From Bacteroidota bacterium (GTDB lineage: Bacteria; Bacteroidota; Ignavibacteria; Kryptoniales; JAKASW01), in NCBI GenBank assembly GCA_023480735.1, contig JAMCXB010000028.1, positions 280-64,279 on the forward strand: a DNA stretch of 64,000 bases, given 5' to 3'. Shown piece by piece: positions 61,125 to 64,000 of the stretch. The first letter of the stretch is position 1. Each line of letters opens with the position of its first letter. The notes beneath the pieces are model-generated. The model was given only the letters and a program-made list of their open reading frames with translations. It had not been told where the DNA came from and did no database searches. The position numbers were made by a program, and so were the translations under genes.

Positions 61125-62642
61125 ATGACTGAGAATGTTTCAGATCCGTTTTTAGGCCGGCTCAGCGAATTCGTTGAATCGCAGACAGGGTTGCACTTCC
61201 CGAAAGACAGGTGGAATGACCTGGCGCGGGGTATGGGCCTGGCCGCTCGAGACTTGGACGTTGAGGACACCGAATCATCGATCGAGTCTTTAATGACTTC
61301 GCCGCTGAAGAGAAGCCAGATTGAGATTATCGCTAGCCATCTCACGGTCGGTGAAACTTATTTCTTTCGGGAGAAGAGAAGTTTTGAAGTTCTTGAGGAG
61401 CATATTCTTCCCGGTTTGATTCGCCTGCGCAAGAACAATGATCGACGAATAAGAATCTGGAGCGCCGGTTGCTGCACCGGAGAGGAGCCGTACTCGATTG
61501 CCCTTTCAGTTAGCAAACTGATCCCCGACTGGGAAGACTGGAACATCACTATCCTGGCAACAGATATTAATCCCCGGTTTCTGAAAAAGGCATCAGATGG
61601 AGTCTACGGTGAGTGGTCATTTCGGGAGGCGTCCTTGTTGATCAAAGAGGATTATTTCAACAAGACAAGAGATAATCGCTTCGAAATCCTGCCGTCGATA
61701 AAGAAGATGGTTCGTTTTTCATATCTCAACCTGGCGGAAGATGCCTATCCGTCGCTTTTGAACGACACCAATGGCATGGACATTATATTTTGCCGGAATG
61801 TTCTCATGTATTTCACGCCGGAGCGCGCGAAGAAAGTCATTCGGAATTTCTACCGGTCCCTCGTCGAAGGGGGCTGGCTCATAGTTAGTCCAAGCGAAGC
61901 GTCGCACGTTCTCTATCCCCAGTTCGCCACAGTCAATTTCCCCGGGGCGATCCTGTATAGGAAAGACATCGGCTCGCCGGGGGGTGTCCGAACCCCTGAT
62001 CTTCTCGTTCCCCCGGATATTGAAAAAAGGAATGTCCGATCCGTTTTTCAGATTGAAGTTGCGCCTGAACGACAGTCGGATGTAATCTCGACGGATGAAT
62101 CGACGGAAATTATCGCAATTGAAGCCGAAGGACATCGCCAAACGGAATCAGATCCGCAATCATATAAGGAAATCTTAGCATTGTATGAGCAGGGATCCTA
62201 TGAGCAAGCGGAACAGAAGATCATCGGTTTACTGCCGGTTCACAGCAATGACGCAAAACTAATGGCTCTCCTGGCAAGAGTTTACGCGAATCAGGGCAAA
62301 CTTGCCGAGGCGTGCAAGTGGAGTAAAAGAGCAAATGAGCTCGACAAGCTGAATCCGGCTTATCGGTATCTCCTTGCGACGATCTTGCAGGAACAAGGTC
62401 AATTGGACGCAGCGAAGGATTCATTCAGGCAGGCTCTCTATCTGGACCAGAATTTTGTTCTTGTCCACTTTGCTCTCGGAAACCTTGCTCATCGACAGGG
62501 GAAGTCTGACGAGGCAAAGAAGCATTTTCAGAATGCCGTTGCGATATTGGCTTCATATCGTCAGGATGAAATCCTGCAGGAGTCAGACGGCTTGACCGCC
62601 GGGAGACTGAGAGAAATTATACGGTCCACAACTTGGGAATAA
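61125..62642 (+). CDS. cheR: CheR-type protein-glutamate O-methyltransferase with C-terminal TPR domain
   Basis: ETYFFRE, IWSAGCCTGEEPYSIA, DIIFCRNVLMYF, then TPR repeats (ALLARVYANQGKLAEA...). Confidence 0.92.
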   Translation: MTENVSDPFLGRLSEFVESQTGLHFPKDRWNDLARGMGLAARDLDVEDTESSIESLMTSPLKRSQIEIIASHLTVGETYFFREKRSFEVLEEHILPGLIRLRKNNDRRIRIWSAGCCTGEEPYSIALSVSKLIPDWEDWNITILATDINPRFLKKASDGVYGEWSFREASLLIKEDYFNKTRDNRFEILPSIKKMVRFSYLNLAEDAYPSLLNDTNGMDIIFCRNVLMYFTPERAKKVIRNFYRSLVEGGWLIVSPSEASHVLYPQFATVNFPGAILYRKDIGSPGGVRTPDLLVPPDIEKRNVRSVFQIEVAPERQSDVISTDESTEIIAIEAEGHRQTESDPQSYKEILALYEQGSYEQAEQKIIGLLPVHSNDAKLMALLARVYANQGKLAEACKWSKRANELDKLNPAYRYLLATILQEQGQLDAAKDSFRQALYLDQNFVLVHFALGNLAHRQGKSDEAKKHFQNAVAILASYRQDEILQESDGLTAGRLREIIRSTTWE

Positions 62643-62650
62643 AGAGTCAA

Positions 62651-63310
62651 ATGAATCAGAAAGAGAGCTCTCAACATCGCAATCCAATGACTGCAATGGA
62701 TTGGAACGAGGTCCGCCGTCGTGTGGAACATGCACAAGCTTCTCTGCTAAGCGGATTGGATCCGACCCCTGCGGAAAAAAAGAGAATCCTCAAGGCAAGA
62801 GCAAAGGCCCTTGCCCGGGAGCCGAAAGTTGAGGAACAAAAATACATTGAGGTTGTCGAGTTTCTTTTGGCTTATGAAAAATATGGTATTGTATCATCCT
62901 ACGTTCGCGAGGTCTATCCGCTGAAAGAACTGACGCCGGTACCATGCACACCACGGTTTGTTCTCGGCATCGTCAACGCGCGCGGCCAAATCCTTTCTGT
63001 TATCGACATAAAGAAGTTCTTTGACATTCCCGAAAAGGGACTAACCGATCTTAACAAGGTCATTATTATTCAATCCGATAGTTTGCCCGCTGGAACCCCG
63101 AGGACGTCAGGAAGCGGGCCGATCGGCATCCTGGCGGATGTCATTCTCGGTGTCAGCCACGTCGCGTTGGGTGAACTGCAGCCGTCTCTTCCCACGCTGA
63201 CCGGGATTCGGGAAGAGTATCTCATGGGAGTTAGCAGGGACCGGGTGGCGATCTTAGATGCGGGAAAACTATTGTCAGATAGGAATATCATCGTACATGA
63301 AGAGGTATAG
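62651..63310 (+). CDS. cheW: CheW-like protein
   Basis: YIEVVEFLLAYEKYGIVSSYVREV...VPCTPRFVLGIVNARGQILSVIDIKKFF. The ATG at 62651 was chosen; the ORF is open from the TTG at 62633, which overlaps cheR. Confidence 0.85.
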   Translation: MNQKESSQHRNPMTAMDWNEVRRRVEHAQASLLSGLDPTPAEKKRILKARAKALAREPKVEEQKYIEVVEFLLAYEKYGIVSSYVREVYPLKELTPVPCTPRFVLGIVNARGQILSVIDIKKFFDIPEKGLTDLNKVIIIQSDSLPAGTPRTSGSGPIGILADVILGVSHVALGELQPSLPTLTGIREEYLMGVSRDRVAILDAGKLLSDRNIIVHEEV

Positions 63311-63369
63311 ATATAAAGCAGCCAATTAATTGAATAAGTTCGACAAATCATAAGAAGGAGGCACTTGAA

Positions 63370-64000
63370 ATGAGGTGGTCTGTCGGAACAAAGATAGGCG
63401 GAGGGTTTGGTCTGGCACTGATAATCCTGGTGGTCATTGGAGTAGTGTCGTACCGGAGCACGACTGAGCTCATCAATGCCGCTCAACTGAAAACGCATAC
63501 CTACAAGGTGCTTCAAGATCTTGAAGGGGCGCTCTCCACATTGGAGAATGCCGAGACTGGACAACGGGGCTACATCATAACTGGAGATGAGAGTTACCTG
63601 GGACCCTATAACGCTGCCATTGTCACGATTGATCCGGAAATCAAAGAGATCAGAGAGTTGACTTCGGATAACCAGAACCAACAGCAGAGGCTCGACACTC
63701 TGGTGCCGTTAATCAAGAGTAAGATTGACGAGCTCAAGCTTACGATAGAGTTGCGGAAGAAGAAGGGATTTCAGGCTGCTATGCGGGAGGTTCTGTCAGA
63801 TAAGGGAAAGCAGATGATGGATGATATCCGAAAGGTAGTTGCCCAGATGGAGAACGAGGAGAATGGTTTGCTGAAAGAGCGAGATGCTCTGGTGAGCGTG
63901 GACGCACAACGAACGATATCTACGATCCTTTATGGAATCCCATTCGCCTTCGTACTCCTGGCTCTTGTCGGCTTCTTCACAACCCGAAACATAGCAGGCC
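63370..64000 (+). CDS. CHASE3 domain sensor protein (MCP or histidine kinase), 3' end off the window
   Basis: My own translation from the ATG at 63370 (GGAGG SD): TM1, then ...THTYKVLQDLEGALSTLENAETGQRGYIITGDESYLGPY...NQQQRLDTL... (CHASE3 pattern), then TM2. The frame is open to the window edge. Confidence 0.8.
   Translation, partial: MRWSVGTKIGGGFGLALIILVVIGVVSYRSTTELINAAQLKTHTYKVLQDLEGALSTLENAETGQRGYIITGDESYLGPYNAAIVTIDPEIKEIRELTSDNQNQQQRLDTLVPLIKSKIDELKLTIELRKKKGFQAAMREVLSDKGKQMMDDIRKVVAQMENEENGLLKERDALVSVDAQRTISTILYGIPFAFVLLALVGFFTTRNIAG

Noticed and set aside
1-64000. Search for CRISPR arrays, tRNA/rRNA genes and recognisable defence or toxin-antitoxin cassettes.
   Set aside because: I saw no short repeat-spacer periodicity; the only long direct repeat is the 778-bp duplication. 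I found no tRNA-like T-arm or acceptor patterns and no rRNA. No ORF carries motifs of known defence families. This was an eye scan only, so tRNAscan, Infernal, and PADLOC or DefenseFinder should confirm it.

Overview
This 64-kb chromosomal window spans the replication origin of a bacterium that looks FCB-group-like at roughly 50% GC. The lineage guess rests on a T9SS C-terminal sorting domain and on PG0541, GxxExxY, ORF6N, DUF4382 and DUF3276 family genes, and it is inference only. The conserved core is gyrA-gyrB-DUF721-recF-dnaN-dnaA on the minus strand, DnaA-box arrays on both sides of dnaA, then rpmH-rnpA-yidD-yidC on the plus strand. The flanks carry housekeeping and accessory genes: pirin, DUF72, a LOG-family gene, a squalene-synthase-like gene, an MFS transporter, ilvD, a Wza-like exporter, ssb, uvrC, two glycosyltransferases, and a GAF-PP2C phosphatase next to a Ser/Thr kinase. 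They also carry a TolC-MFP-RND efflux operon, a racemase, msrA, a GH36-like hydrolase, and a CheW-CheR(TPR)-CheW-CHASE3 chemosensory module that runs off the 3' edge. I found no rRNA, tRNA or CRISPR array. What stands out is not a recognisable defence or toxin system; I could not support one. The unusual signals are these. (1) A base-perfect 778-bp tandem duplication (3n+1) splits a T9SS-secreted HEXXH metalloprotease gene. (2) A kinase gene is broken by two +1 frameshifts that sit on the same phased hexamer. (3) ORF6N and GxxExxY genes are spliced seamlessly into the RND efflux operon. (4) About eleven genes are truncated, internally deleted or frameshifted, including a head-to-head pair of 5'-truncated genes, a decayed ISKra4-like element with recognisable inverted repeats, and a doubly lesioned REP-type tyrosine transposase. 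All family assignments come from motif recognition by eye and need HMM or BLAST confirmation.
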